A DNA stretch of 64,000 bases, taken from contig CAIJZX010000012.1 in the NCBI GenBank assembly GCA_903825245.1, positions 76,059-140,058 on the forward strand, in the 5' to 3' direction. This document shows, piece after piece, positions 8,926 through 18,812 of this stretch. The position numbers were made by a program, and so were the translations under genes. Each line of letters opens with the position of its first letter. Position 1 is the first letter of the stretch. Under the pieces are notes generated by a model. That model was not told where the DNA came from and made no database searches. It saw only the letters and a list, made by a program, of their open reading frames with translations. Source of the DNA: Candidatus Kerfeldbacteria bacterium (GTDB lineage Bacteria > Patescibacteriota > Patescibacteriia > SBBC01 > CAIJZX01).

Positions 8926-10605
8926 ATGGGAATATCGCGACTACAAACAAAACAGGCAGCACAAAAACACCTTCCTATACTTCCTGTTTTCAGTCGAGTA
9001 GTGTTGCTCGGCGTCGTTGGTATGAGCTTACTGTTCTTTGGACGTTCATCACCGACACCAGCTAAAGCCGCAACGTTAGCCAACCCACCTAGTACTGATG
9101 TTTATCAGGTAAACTCCCCGCACTGGTCACATATCAATGTCATGGACTACGGTTCCGATCTTCGGCTCCTTCCAGCTGGAACGGTGCAACAAAGCGGCTA
9201 CGAATGGTACGCCCGCCACGTCGATTTTATGAGTGTCGCTATGGCCACCGACTCCTTCGTTGAGAGCCACTCCACACTTTCGGCTCAGCTTAAAACCATG
9301 AACCCAAGTATTAAAACATTCGGATCGACACTCGATCTGACCATTTGCCAACATCGGCCGTGTGCAATGGACCAGCCAGTCAACGATCTTCAAAACGCCT
9401 ATCCTGAAGATCAGTACCTCCATTTTTCCGAAGACACAACGATGACGTTTATCGATTTGGACCAGACGGTAATAAAAACTATCACTATCCCCGGCTGCCC
9501 TGAACCGCAACCGATTACTGCGGCTTGCCGCGCCCAAACATTTATTTGGCATGAGGCACGATGGTTTCCGAATTTGAATAATACAGCGTGGCGACAGATG
9601 ATGTCCGCTCAACTGATCGAAAGGTTAATTCACAACACCGATAACACTCCAGATCCAATTGACGACTTGTATCTCGATGAGCACGGATTTGATACAACCT
9701 TCGGTTACCAAGCCACCGTCACCAGCGGCGGTGCGATTCGCGAATATAATGGACTTGCGCCATGGAATAACGCCACCCCGTCAGTACGAAATGCCTTTGA
9801 CGCCGCCTACAACGCTGACGTGGTCAGCTGGCTGACCTACCTACGTGCACAAGTAACAGCCGCCGGAAAGACCATGCACATCAACACTGGTGAATATTTT
9901 ATGAATGCCCTGGAATTCCAGCAGGCATTAGCCGCCAAGGGCGTGATGACCGAATGGCTCAATGCACCGGATCACTTTCGTTTTGGGGCGCCGATGTACT
10001 CACAATTTATCGACCAGGTGCACCAGATGACTTCATCCGGCGGTATGGTGGATTTAGCATACTCGTGGTGTACCGAAATGCCTGCTGGTTATAATGCTGG
10101 AAATTATCCGACGAGCACCGATCGATATTCGATGTGGAATCTCGCTAGTTACTACATGTCGAAGGAATTCCCTAGCGAATCCGGCCGTGTCTACTTTAAT
10201 CCTAATTTATGTATCCATCCTAACGCCCCGGATCCGCTCGACTTTGAACAGCAGTGGCTGAAGGCTTACGAAAAAGATGTCGGACAACCAGTGGACACCG
10301 CCACTATTATTCAACATGGCGCCGTCAGTTGCTCTACCAATAACAAAGAATACGGTATCTTCGCCCGTCACTACACGAACGCGTATGTTCTGTTACGAAC
10401 GCGTGATGATTACAACTGTTTGGATTATGGCGACACCACTGCTGTCACTGTCCCTCTCGCCTCATCTATGGTTCTTCTTGAACCCGACGGCACGTTCTCT
10501 GCGCCGATGAATTCCGTTTCAATTCGCAACGGTGAAGCAGTCATTCTCTTTCCTGCACCGGATACAATCGCGCCGGCCAAGGTCACTGACCTGCACACAA
10601 AATAA
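8926..10605 (+). CDS. Membrane-anchored putative glycoside hydrolase (TIM-barrel, GHL15-like), paralog 1
   Basis: N-terminal TM; DDLYLDE and GVMTE acidic motifs; C-terminal RHYTNAYVLL beta domain; family call is inference. Confidence 0.6.
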   Translation: MGISRLQTKQAAQKHLPILPVFSRVVLLGVVGMSLLFFGRSSPTPAKAATLANPPSTDVYQVNSPHWSHINVMDYGSDLRLLPAGTVQQSGYEWYARHVDFMSVAMATDSFVESHSTLSAQLKTMNPSIKTFGSTLDLTICQHRPCAMDQPVNDLQNAYPEDQYLHFSEDTTMTFIDLDQTVIKTITIPGCPEPQPITAACRAQTFIWHEARWFPNLNNTAWRQMMSAQLIERLIHNTDNTPDPIDDLYLDEHGFDTTFGYQATVTSGGAIREYNGLAPWNNATPSVRNAFDAAYNADVVSWLTYLRAQVTAAGKTMHINTGEYFMNALEFQQALAAKGVMTEWLNAPDHFRFGAPMYSQFIDQVHQMTSSGGMVDLAYSWCTEMPAGYNAGNYPTSTDRYSMWNLASYYMSKEFPSESGRVYFNPNLCIHPNAPDPLDFEQQWLKAYEKDVGQPVDTATIIQHGAVSCSTNNKEYGIFARHYTNAYVLLRTRDDYNCLDYGDTTAVTVPLASSMVLLEPDGTFSAPMNSVSIRNGEAVILFPAPDTIAPAKVTDLHTK

Positions 10606-10671
10606 TACAAGCAAACGATTTGAAATACAGCCCGAGTGCTGTTTTATGGTTCCTGTGCTAAACTTTAGGAC

Positions 10672-12411
10672 ATGGAAGACACACATGGTGATGTACATAA
10701 GAGTGCGTTCAAGCCGCAACGAGCACGAGTAGCTTTGGTGGGTTTGATTATTATTGGTATAGGCACGCTTATTATCCAACCGTCTTCGACACCTATCGTC
10801 AAAGCTCAAACGACCACGGTGTCTACCTACAACACCAACTCCCCGCACTGGTCACATATTAATATTGCCGACTTCGGAACAAACCTCCGTGCCCTCCAAC
10901 CCGGAGCTATACAACAAGCCGGGTACGAATGGTATGCCAGTCATGTTGACTCCCTAACCGTAGGTATGAATACGTTTTCCTACCCTGATAGTACCTCCAC
11001 CCAGGCAGCCACGATGAAATCACTCAATCCAACCATCAATACCGTTGGAAGTGATATTGATTTATTCATGTGTGAGCACTTTGGTTGTTGGAAAACCAAT
11101 GCAACGAACACGAATCAAAACAACCTGCCGGAGGAGTACTACCTTCACTTTTCTCAGAATACGCATATCGATTTTTTTAACCATGATCACGTCACCCCAG
11201 TCGGCTCGGTTGATATACCCGGCTGTCCGGATACCGGTCCCGTGACTGCTGCCTGTCGAGTCCAACTCTTCGAGTATGGAGAAGATACGGCTTGGCTTCC
11301 GAATACAAAAAGTACCGCTTGGCGAACCTGGTACGCCGACAACCTGCTGAGCAATATGGCCGTCACCGGGAGCGTTAGTAATCCAATCGATACTGTTTTT
11401 TTCGATGGTCACGGCATGTCCGGTTTTTCCGGAGCCATGTATGTTGGTAGTGCATTGGAAAACAGGATTACCACTGGCGGCGGTATTCGTGAATACGGAG
11501 GCAAGGCGCCACGCGATTTTAGCGTTGACCCATACCACGGTGACACTTTAGCTCAGGCTGACGCGCTCGACACCGAGTGGTCATCCGATGTTACGAGTTG
11601 GTTGGCTTATTTACGGTCTCGTCTTGCTGCCGTCGGAAAAAATATTCGCATCAACACCGGCACGACAATTTATGAGCCGTTGATATTTCAAGAAGTGCTG
11701 GCAGCCAACGGCGTTTTACCGGAGTACTTCAATTCCGCATACGGATTCGCATTTGGTGCGACTCAGTATACACCGTTCTTGCACAGTGTCCGGCAAGTGA
11801 CCGCAGCTGGCGGAACGGTTGATTTATATTTCCGTCCCTGCGCCGACAAACCCGCAGATCTTGCTACGTTCTTTTATACCTCGCCCGGTAATTACGATAC
11901 CGCGGTCAACAGATTCCGAATGTGGAACTTAGCCGGCTACTATATGGCGAAAGAGTCGACCAACGAATCCGGGAAAGTGTATTTTGATCCAACATTCTGT
12001 TTTGATTACACCAGTACGACCCCCGCACAAGATCTCGAGGCACAGTGGTTGAAAGCCTATGAACACGACGTCGGCCAGCCTGTCGGCGAACCTTCGGTTA
12101 TCCAGGAAGGAAAGGTCACCTGTCCGTCTAATGGGCATACCGATCCATCGGACGCCTACCATATCTATTCTCGACAGTATTCGAAAGCGCTCATTCTGCT
12201 CCGTACTCGTGACGCTTTATACTGCGAAACCTACGGCGATCCCACCATCGTCAATGTCCCTCTCTCTTCGTCAATGGTCATGCTCGAAGCAGATGGCACA
12301 TACTCCGCACCAATGACGTCCGTACCGATTCGCAACGGTGAAGCAGTCATTATGGTTCCCGCTCCGGACACCACAGCACCCGGCGCCATACACGATCTAC
12401 AAACGAAGTAA
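10672..12411 (+). CDS. Membrane-anchored putative glycoside hydrolase, paralog 2
   Basis: Co-linear with paralog 1 (NSPHWSHIN, GYEWYA, IPGCP, MWNLA.YYM.KE, IRNGEAVI). Confidence 0.6.
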   Translation: MEDTHGDVHKSAFKPQRARVALVGLIIIGIGTLIIQPSSTPIVKAQTTTVSTYNTNSPHWSHINIADFGTNLRALQPGAIQQAGYEWYASHVDSLTVGMNTFSYPDSTSTQAATMKSLNPTINTVGSDIDLFMCEHFGCWKTNATNTNQNNLPEEYYLHFSQNTHIDFFNHDHVTPVGSVDIPGCPDTGPVTAACRVQLFEYGEDTAWLPNTKSTAWRTWYADNLLSNMAVTGSVSNPIDTVFFDGHGMSGFSGAMYVGSALENRITTGGGIREYGGKAPRDFSVDPYHGDTLAQADALDTEWSSDVTSWLAYLRSRLAAVGKNIRINTGTTIYEPLIFQEVLAANGVLPEYFNSAYGFAFGATQYTPFLHSVRQVTAAGGTVDLYFRPCADKPADLATFFYTSPGNYDTAVNRFRMWNLAGYYMAKESTNESGKVYFDPTFCFDYTSTTPAQDLEAQWLKAYEHDVGQPVGEPSVIQEGKVTCPSNGHTDPSDAYHIYSRQYSKALILLRTRDALYCETYGDPTIVNVPLSSSMVMLEADGTYSAPMTSVPIRNGEAVIMVPAPDTTAPGAIHDLQTK

Positions 12412-12537
12412 GCATTGAACCGGTTTTCAACGGTAGATGATTGACTGGATCAACGGAATTTGGTAGGGTTTTTATGTTAACGACCTTTCAGCAATTGTGC
12501 TGTGGGGCCGCTCTTTGACATCTCAAAGGAGGTTCAC

Positions 12538-14016
12538 ATGTCTCGTTCATCGTTCAGTCTGCTGTGCTTCTGCGTACTTCTCTTCGCCCAAAGTGTTCAC
12601 GCGCAAATTTCACCTTGGCCGTCAATTCAACACGACCAGTACCACACCGGTCGGACTTCAGTCACTGGACCGGCAACCGCGGACACTTCGTGGACGCGCC
12701 TGCTCGACGGCGACATACTGGGCGCAAATACCGCACCGGTCATCAGTACCACTGGCGCGATCTTGATCGGAACAACCCAGGGTCATGTCTTTGCCTACGA
12801 CGCATCAGGCCAGCGCCTGTGGAAGATCACCCTGCCCGGCACAATCAGTGCCCCGCTCGGCGTCGCGGATAATGGCCGAATCCTGGTGTCCACGGAAAAT
12901 GATTCATGCTACGTCCTTGATCCGAACGGCCTGGTACTCTCGCGACTCTTCATCGGTTTCGCCAACAGCGGACCGACCATGGTCGGCGATATCGCCTACC
13001 TATCTGGGAACTATAACGGCGCCGGTTTCGTTTTCAAGATCGATATGGATGTCCTGTGGTATACCGCGCAATCGAATAATCTATGGCAGATTGATCGATC
13101 GTCGCCCATCGTCACTCTTGGCGGGCAGGTCGTCGTCGGCACCACCGAAAACGTTTTCCCGTACAACTCGTCGGGTCATATTTCGGTGCTCGATGCGAAC
13201 TGCCAGGAGATCTGCTCCTACAACGTCGGATTTTTCAATGGCCGAGGTGTCCGCAGTTCAGTTTCACAAACCTCTACCGGTCGTATTGTTTGCGGTAGCG
13301 TCGGCGACAACGCATCACTGTACGGCGACGGCGCCTTCTGCAACAGTGACGTTACCTGCGGCGGTTGCGGTACAGGCGCCGGTCACTACTTCAGTTCTCC
13401 GGCGTTGTTAAGTAATGATACCGTCGTCCTCGGCACAAAGAATGGTCTCAGCCTGCGCGATCCGGCGGGGTGCGGACAAACCGCGCTCTATCCGACCGGA
13501 CCGATCCTCAATCCTTCACCGGTCGTCGACGGTCAAAACACGATCTACGTCGGCGACGATAATGGCAAGCTCTGGGCTTGGTCGTCTGCCGGCGTCAATA
13601 TCTGGAACCGTCAGCTCAACGCCGCCGCTACCGGCATCGCTATCGATGTACACGGCAACTTGTTCGTCGCCAGTACGCTCGGGCGATTGTACTGTTTCCG
13701 TGGTCCGAATCAGACTGCAGTAAATAGCGAACCTCAACCAGCGCACCTGCAACTGTCCGTTTGGCCAAATCCAGCGACCACGCAAACAACGTTGCAGCTG
13801 TCACCGCCGAAAGACGCTTTCGTCCACTGTGCCGTCTATGACCTGAGCGGCCGTCCAGTTATCACCCTTCTCGATGAACTTGTCACCGGTGGAACTCGAT
13901 CGATCACCTGGAATGGTCGGAATGAGCACGGCCAAAAAATCCCTTCCGGCATGTATTGGATTACTGCCCGTGCCGGCAACCAACGCATGACCAAAACCGT
14001 CGTCCTCCTTCCGTAG
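12538..14016 (+). CDS. Secreted PQQ-like beta-propeller protein with C-terminal FlgD-Ig/T9SS-CTD-like domain
   Basis: Signal peptide, WP..QHD..HTG, SSP repeats; tail VWPNP...YDLSGRPV..L...WNGRNEHGQKIPSGMYWI; AAGGAGGT SD. Confidence 0.8.
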   Translation: MSRSSFSLLCFCVLLFAQSVHAQISPWPSIQHDQYHTGRTSVTGPATADTSWTRLLDGDILGANTAPVISTTGAILIGTTQGHVFAYDASGQRLWKITLPGTISAPLGVADNGRILVSTENDSCYVLDPNGLVLSRLFIGFANSGPTMVGDIAYLSGNYNGAGFVFKIDMDVLWYTAQSNNLWQIDRSSPIVTLGGQVVVGTTENVFPYNSSGHISVLDANCQEICSYNVGFFNGRGVRSSVSQTSTGRIVCGSVGDNASLYGDGAFCNSDVTCGGCGTGAGHYFSSPALLSNDTVVLGTKNGLSLRDPAGCGQTALYPTGPILNPSPVVDGQNTIYVGDDNGKLWAWSSAGVNIWNRQLNAAATGIAIDVHGNLFVASTLGRLYCFRGPNQTAVNSEPQPAHLQLSVWPNPATTQTTLQLSPPKDAFVHCAVYDLSGRPVITLLDELVTGGTRSITWNGRNEHGQKIPSGMYWITARAGNQRMTKTVVLLP

Positions 14017-14200
14017 TACCTTCACCGCATATACAACAGTATGCGGTTTTTTCTTACCACGAAATTATGCTTCGAGGTTGGTGCTTGTATCATCTGCCGA
14101 CGATTTATAGACTGACGGCATTATACCGCCAGCGAGGCGAATTCTTTTTTCGCGAGCTTGAGGAGTTCTTGTTTGGAAATCATGCGCTCAATGATTAGTA

Positions 14201-14647
14201 TTAATAGTACCCGACCGACCACTCCACATTTTTAGGATTCACTTTAACAAACAGCTCATATGATGCTCCACCTGGCACGTCGGCGTAATAAAAAACGGAA
14301 TCACTATACCTTCTAACAGATAGCTCGCAAGTCTCCCCTTTTGGACAGTGAAGCGCTTGGTCTGCGTTAAAAAGTTGTTGTGCTTCCTGGTCGGATAATC
14401 GAAATGTACCGCGCATAGTTCCATCTCCCTTAAAGTCGGAATCTTCTTGAGATCGGATTAACTTCGTTTTATCAAATACAGCATCATTTTTTACCACCTC
14501 GTGGAGTGTAGTTAACAATCGTTGTGGCAGCGGCGGCGTGTGAATTAAGTAAAACACGTATGCTAGCCCGACTGAAATACAAAACAAACCGATTGCAATA
14601 CTAAATAACTGAATAATGGGGTGGAGCCGCTTCCAAAACTTGAGCAT
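14201..14647 (-). CDS. Hypothetical membrane-anchored protein
   Basis: 148-aa ORF with N-terminal TM. Confidence 0.6.
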   Translation of the reverse strand: MLKFWKRLHPIIQLFSIAIGLFCISVGLAYVFYLIHTPPLPQRLLTTLHEVVKNDAVFDKTKLIRSQEDSDFKGDGTMRGTFRLSDQEAQQLFNADQALHCPKGETCELSVRRYSDSVFYYADVPGGASYELFVKVNPKNVEWSVGYY

Positions 14648-14708
14648 AGTAGTCTTGCTTGTCTTTACGTTTGCATTCTCTTGTTAGAGAGATTTTTGGT
14701 TGAAGGAA

Positions 14709-15269
14709 TTAGCGGGTTTGACTCAGTAACTCGATAATCTCTTGCACAGTCCCCGTCTCACCAAGCCGCGGGAAAATTCGCGTGATACTATTTGTTTGCG
14801 CATCGATATTCATATCCGTCATAGCATCGATCGCTAATGTCACGCTGTACCCATGTTCGTGGGCTGAGCGGGCAGTGGATTCGACGCCAGCGCTTGTCGC
14901 AATTCCGCACACAACAACTTGCGTTACGCCGCAGTCTTTGAGATACGCATCAAGGTCAGTGTTCGTGAACGCGCCCCAACTGCGCTTCGTTACCAGTTTA
15001 TCGCTGGATTCTTTATGCAACTCCGGTACGAGTTCCGCCCAATCAGCCGGACGCTGTCCGACCGACATTTTTTGCTCTACCCGTCCTGGCGCTCCGCCGG
15101 TAACATTCACTAAGACTACCGGCAATTTGTGGTGATGGAAGACATCGAGCAGGTCGTTCGTTCGCGCCACAACATCATTCGCCGCCGTCAGATTGGGACG
15201 GCCGGCAATGCCTTTTTGGAGGTCAATGACGACCAGAGCGGTTTTTGGATCGAGGGTGGTTAATGCCAT
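14709..15269 (-). CDS. Isochorismatase-family cysteine hydrolase
   Basis: TALVVIDLQKG, KRSWGAF, GIATSAGVESTARSA (Cys position appears replaced by G). Confidence 0.9.
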   Translation of the reverse strand: MALTTLDPKTALVVIDLQKGIAGRPNLTAANDVVARTNDLLDVFHHHKLPVVLVNVTGGAPGRVEQKMSVGQRPADWAELVPELHKESSDKLVTKRSWGAFTNTDLDAYLKDCGVTQVVVCGIATSAGVESTARSAHEHGYSVTLAIDAMTDMNIDAQTNSITRIFPRLGETGTVQEIIELLSQTR

Positions 15270-15295
15270 GCGATAACAATGCGTATTGATAATTA

Positions 15296-15772
15296 TTAGA
15301 CCTCCGTTTCGCCATCCGCGGCATAGAGTTTTTCAATGCCGAGTTCTTTTTTCTTTTTATCGACAAGGTCAAACATTTTTTCCATCGCTTCGGCGCGAGC
15401 AAAAGGGAAATCACGGATTGCTTCACTAATCGCGGCCAACCGCGCTACCGGCTGATATTGCTGGTTCTCAGCCTCGCTCTTGTCTGCCAAATTTATGATC
15501 ATCCCAGCAAATAATTCTTGCGCCCGATTATCATAGAGCGTTTTCATCTCTTCTTTTTCTGGTCCTTCCCCTAATGATTCAATTTCGATTTCCCAAATTC
15601 GTTGCAATCGTTGCAGCGGTACGTAGTGCTCATTCCCTTCGACTCGATCTGGAACATTGAGGTGTTGCTTAATTTCAGCAAAAGAAAATTCTTCAGGATG
15701 TCCCTCATGGAGTGCATCTCGAGCGCCAGCTTCGGCCGCATCTTCTGGTGTTATTTCGTCTTCTGATCCCAT
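15296..15772 (-). CDS. Acidic hypothetical protein
   Basis: 158-aa ORF, TGCTATACT extended -10 upstream. Confidence 0.65.
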   Translation of the reverse strand: MGSEDEITPEDAAEAGARDALHEGHPEEFSFAEIKQHLNVPDRVEGNEHYVPLQRLQRIWEIEIESLGEGPEKEEMKTLYDNRAQELFAGMIINLADKSEAENQQYQPVARLAAISEAIRDFPFARAEAMEKMFDLVDKKKKELGIEKLYAADGETEV

Positions 15773-15848
15773 ATGTTTTCGTTGAGTAAATAAGAGAGAC
15801 TCGTGTAGTATAGCACTAGACCAGACTCTTCATGAACGATGGTAACAC

Positions 15849-16436
15849 TTAATCATTCAACCCCAACCCTTCAAGAATTTGCTCGGTGCATTTTTCCACT
15901 CGCGCCGCTCGTGTGGCGGAAAGTTTTGGCGCAGAAAAAAATAATAAGTACCCGTGTTGCCGTCCGGGCGTCAAAGATTCAAACGCTGTCTTCAACGCCG
16001 GATTTTTCACCAGCGCTTGCTGAAACTCTTCGGCCATAGGAAACTCGCTAGTTTTTTTTAGCGGCACTTTCGCCCCAGACTTTTCTATATTAATTGCCTC
16101 CTGGAGATATTTTTTCAAAGTGGATTTCAGCTTAACGATCTCCTGAACGCTGGTAAACCGAATGTGTCGTGCGGCCTGGACGTTTGACGTTTGTTGAACG
16201 AGTACATGCTTCGGATCTTTCAGTAAAACACCTTTCACCAACAGCGCCGCGCAGTAGTCTTTAAAGTAATGCAAGAGCGCAACATTTTTACCTGCGAGTG
16301 TGTATGTCGGCACGCCCCACTTTAATTCCTCGTTCAAACCGGCATCAAGAATGATAGCGCGTAGTTTTTTCAATTCCGCCTGCCATGGTGTTGGTTTGTT
16401 GAAGTACCAATCAACCTTAGGATTTGGCGTATTCAT
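15849..16436 (-). CDS. YdeI/OmpD-associated (DUF1801) family protein
   Basis: ELKWGVPTY, AFESLTPGRQ, ATRAARVEK; start MNTPNPK. Confidence 0.9.
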   Translation of the reverse strand: MNTPNPKVDWYFNKPTPWQAELKKLRAIILDAGLNEELKWGVPTYTLAGKNVALLHYFKDYCAALLVKGVLLKDPKHVLVQQTSNVQAARHIRFTSVQEIVKLKSTLKKYLQEAINIEKSGAKVPLKKTSEFPMAEEFQQALVKNPALKTAFESLTPGRQHGYLLFFSAPKLSATRAARVEKCTEQILEGLGLND

Positions 16437-16515
16437 AGTGGACTCAGTATAGCACGAACTTGTATGCGTTTCTGAAAAGCGTATACTACAAGTGTTTATC
16501 AATGAATTCACACCT

Positions 16516-17055
16516 ATGACCTCACCCACCCTGCGTGTCATCGCGCTCACCGCTCTCGGCGGTTGTGCCCTTCTTTTGGCTGGCTGTTCTAAAAAGACGG
16601 TCGATGAAACGGCCAATATCAACAAAGCCCCAAAGATTGCCGTTTGTACATCGGCTGGACTCACCGCGTCGTTGAACGGCATCACGGGTACGGCTGGCAC
16701 ATACTACACAACCCTGACCGTCACGAACACCGGCACATCATCGTGTGTATTGAAAGGGAAAGCAAAACTCGCACTCCTCAATGCCAATGCTGAAGAGCTT
16801 GGTAATGTCTCGTCACCGGATACGAATATGACACTCACCCCGGGTGAGCCGATTTACGCTTCGGTCGCATTCCCCGACGCCAGCAATTATGCCGATACGA
16901 ATGCCTGTAAATCCGGCGGCGTGATCGTGAACTTCTACGCCCCGGGTCAATCCGCGCCAATCCAAGCCTACGACACCCGTACGGTAAAAGCTAACTGGGC
17001 TGTTCACGCCTGTCCGGGGTTTGCCCTTAATGCGTTTTCAACGGTCAAACCGTAA
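16516..17055 (+). CDS. DUF4232-like lipoprotein
   Basis: Lipobox LLLAGC; CT...L...GTAG....L.VTNTGTSSCVLKG. Confidence 0.75.
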   Translation: MTSPTLRVIALTALGGCALLLAGCSKKTVDETANINKAPKIAVCTSAGLTASLNGITGTAGTYYTTLTVTNTGTSSCVLKGKAKLALLNANAEELGNVSSPDTNMTLTPGEPIYASVAFPDASNYADTNACKSGGVIVNFYAPGQSAPIQAYDTRTVKANWAVHACPGFALNAFSTVKP

Positions 17056-17071
17056 CACCAACAACGTTACC

Positions 17072-17098
17072 AAGGACCGCCGCCAGGCGGTCTTTTGT
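17072..17098 (+). terminator. Intrinsic terminator
   Basis: AAGGACCGCC-GCCA-GGCGGTCTTT then TGT. Confidence 0.75.
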
Positions 17099-17187
17099 TA
17101 TCCAGACGATAACACTCTTGACGCCTTTACTACTCGGTGATACTATCTACTAGTACTACGTATAACTATCTAGTTATCCACAACCCC

Positions 17188-17517
17188 ATGGACAATATTA
17201 CCGAAATGCTCAAAGGCGTGCTCGAAGGTTGCGTCCTCGAGATCATCAGCCGCAAGAAAACCTACGGCTACGCCATCACTGCCGCCCTTCGCGAGCTTGG
17301 GTTTACGGACGTGGTCGAAGGAACCGTGTACACGATTCTCTTACGCCTCGAAGCGAATAAGCTGGTGGACATCACGAAAGAACCTTCCGACGTCGGTCCC
17401 CCGCGGAAATTCTATACCCTGAACGCGAAGGGGCGCAAAGAGTTGGCCAGCTTTTGGGAAAAGTGGAAATTCATCTCTTCACACATTAACGAATTAAAGG
17501 GACAACATCATGCATAA
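17188..17517 (+). CDS. PadR-family transcriptional regulator
   Basis: EMLKGVLEGCVL...YGY...EGTVYTILLRLE...GPPRKFY. Confidence 0.92.
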   Translation: MDNITEMLKGVLEGCVLEIISRKKTYGYAITAALRELGFTDVVEGTVYTILLRLEANKLVDITKEPSDVGPPRKFYTLNAKGRKELASFWEKWKFISSHINELKGQHHA

Positions 17518-17851
17518 ATTCCTCAAGAAAATCATCGGCGATAAACAGGCGTGGAAAAAGTTAGAGGCGCGATCGAAAGCACTGCCGAACGACTATCAGA
17601 TCGTGTATAACGAAATAAAAAGCTACATGTTTAACCTGTGGCGGTTCGAGACCTCGGCCGGTAACGAAGCGGAAAGCATGGCCGTGTTAGAAGATTTACT
17701 CAACCTCTTCGAGGCGGGCGCTGGATCAGGAAAGACAGTGCTCGAGGTCACAGGCAAAGACGTCGCGGCGTTCTGCGATGATCTGTTTCACGCCACGGAA
17801 TCTTGGCGCAAGAAGCTCAACGCGAGTATTGCGAGAAAGTTGGGGCAGTAG
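17510..17851 (+). CDS. DUF1048 family protein
   Basis: ALPNDYQIVYNEIKSYM...LLNLFEAGA..GKTVLEVTGKDVAAFCDDL; typical PadR partner. Confidence 0.85.
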   Translation: MHKFLKKIIGDKQAWKKLEARSKALPNDYQIVYNEIKSYMFNLWRFETSAGNEAESMAVLEDLLNLFEAGAGSGKTVLEVTGKDVAAFCDDLFHATESWRKKLNASIARKLGQ

Positions 17852-17988
17852 CTGGAACGTGTGAGTTCTCGACACAGACCTACGAGCAGAAGAATATAAC
17901 CTATTCTATTACAGATTTCTCAAAAAACTGCTTGACATATACAAAGCCACAAACCATACTAGTAGAAGTATTCGATAATAAAACACTT

Positions 17989-18657
17989 ATGACAATAAAA
18001 CTTCCTGGTAATACCAATATCCCAGAGACCTACATCTGGCGACTTTCAGAACACAAAGCACCAAGCGGATGCACCTGGCGCGGGAAATCACTTATTTGGT
18101 CATTTGATCGAAGTAATCCAGCGAATGCCATCCTCAAAGCACGGGGTGGCCGAACTATCGCGCTCCGATGTTTGTGGATGGCAACCGCCACTATTATTGA
18201 CTCTTCTCGATTACTTATTCAAACGACGGTACCTACCGGCACTGATCTTCTCCTTGTTGATTTTCGTTCCCCGGTTGTGAAGAAAAGCAGACTCCACCTC
18301 CCCCATCAAACGTCGGGTACGCTTGCAATCCCATCAATCCCACCAGCGTTCCAAGCACTCGCGGAAGGTGGGCTCGACGAAATAGTCTTCTTTGAAGACC
18401 GTTCAAAGGATGTCGGCCAGGCCACTCTCCATATCGTCAATCTGTCCCAGAAACGTGATCAGATAATACCGCAAACGTGGTATCCAAAAATCAAGAATTT
18501 TGATCCTGGGTATACCTACCTCGTTGATGCGATTCGTTCAAAATCAGGTGGTTCGATTTTTGGCTGGGGTGCCCGACTTGGGTTCTTCCAACTTACCGCC
18601 AACGGACGTACACTGTCTAAATGGATTGTCCGCGATCCGTTTTATCTCATGCGGTAG
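17989..18657 (+). CDS. Hypothetical protein
   Basis: ORF from MTIKLPG; TTGACA-17-CATACT promoter at 17932-17960. Confidence 0.6.
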   Translation: MTIKLPGNTNIPETYIWRLSEHKAPSGCTWRGKSLIWSFDRSNPANAILKARGGRTIALRCLWMATATIIDSSRLLIQTTVPTGTDLLLVDFRSPVVKKSRLHLPHQTSGTLAIPSIPPAFQALAEGGLDEIVFFEDRSKDVGQATLHIVNLSQKRDQIIPQTWYPKIKNFDPGYTYLVDAIRSKSGGSIFGWGARLGFFQLTANGRTLSKWIVRDPFYLMR

Positions 18658-18680
18658 ATTCGTAATTGCACTAAAACGCC

Positions 18681-18791
18681 CTAGAGGTCACGGGCAAAGA
18701 CGTCGCGGCGTTCTGCGATGATCTCTTCCACGCTACGGAATCTTGGCGCAAGAAGCTCAACGCGAATATTGCGAGGAAGTTGGGGAATTAA
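18681..18791 (+). repeat. Diverged duplicate of the last 111 bp of the DUF1048 gene (17741-17851)
   Basis: Ungapped match at offset 940 with about 10 mismatches, mostly at third codon positions. Confidence 0.9.
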
Positions 18792-18812
18792 GACGACGGT
18801 ATAGTCGGTAAG

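Noticed and set aside
14122-14200. Minus-strand fragment ...IIERMISKQELLKLAKKEFASLAV*
   Set aside because: Protein-like but too short to call as a gene or pseudogene
17741-18791. DGR template/variable repeat pair
   Set aside because: Mismatches are not adenine-specific (include G/C, T/C, C/T), are mostly synonymous, and no reverse transcriptase is present in the window
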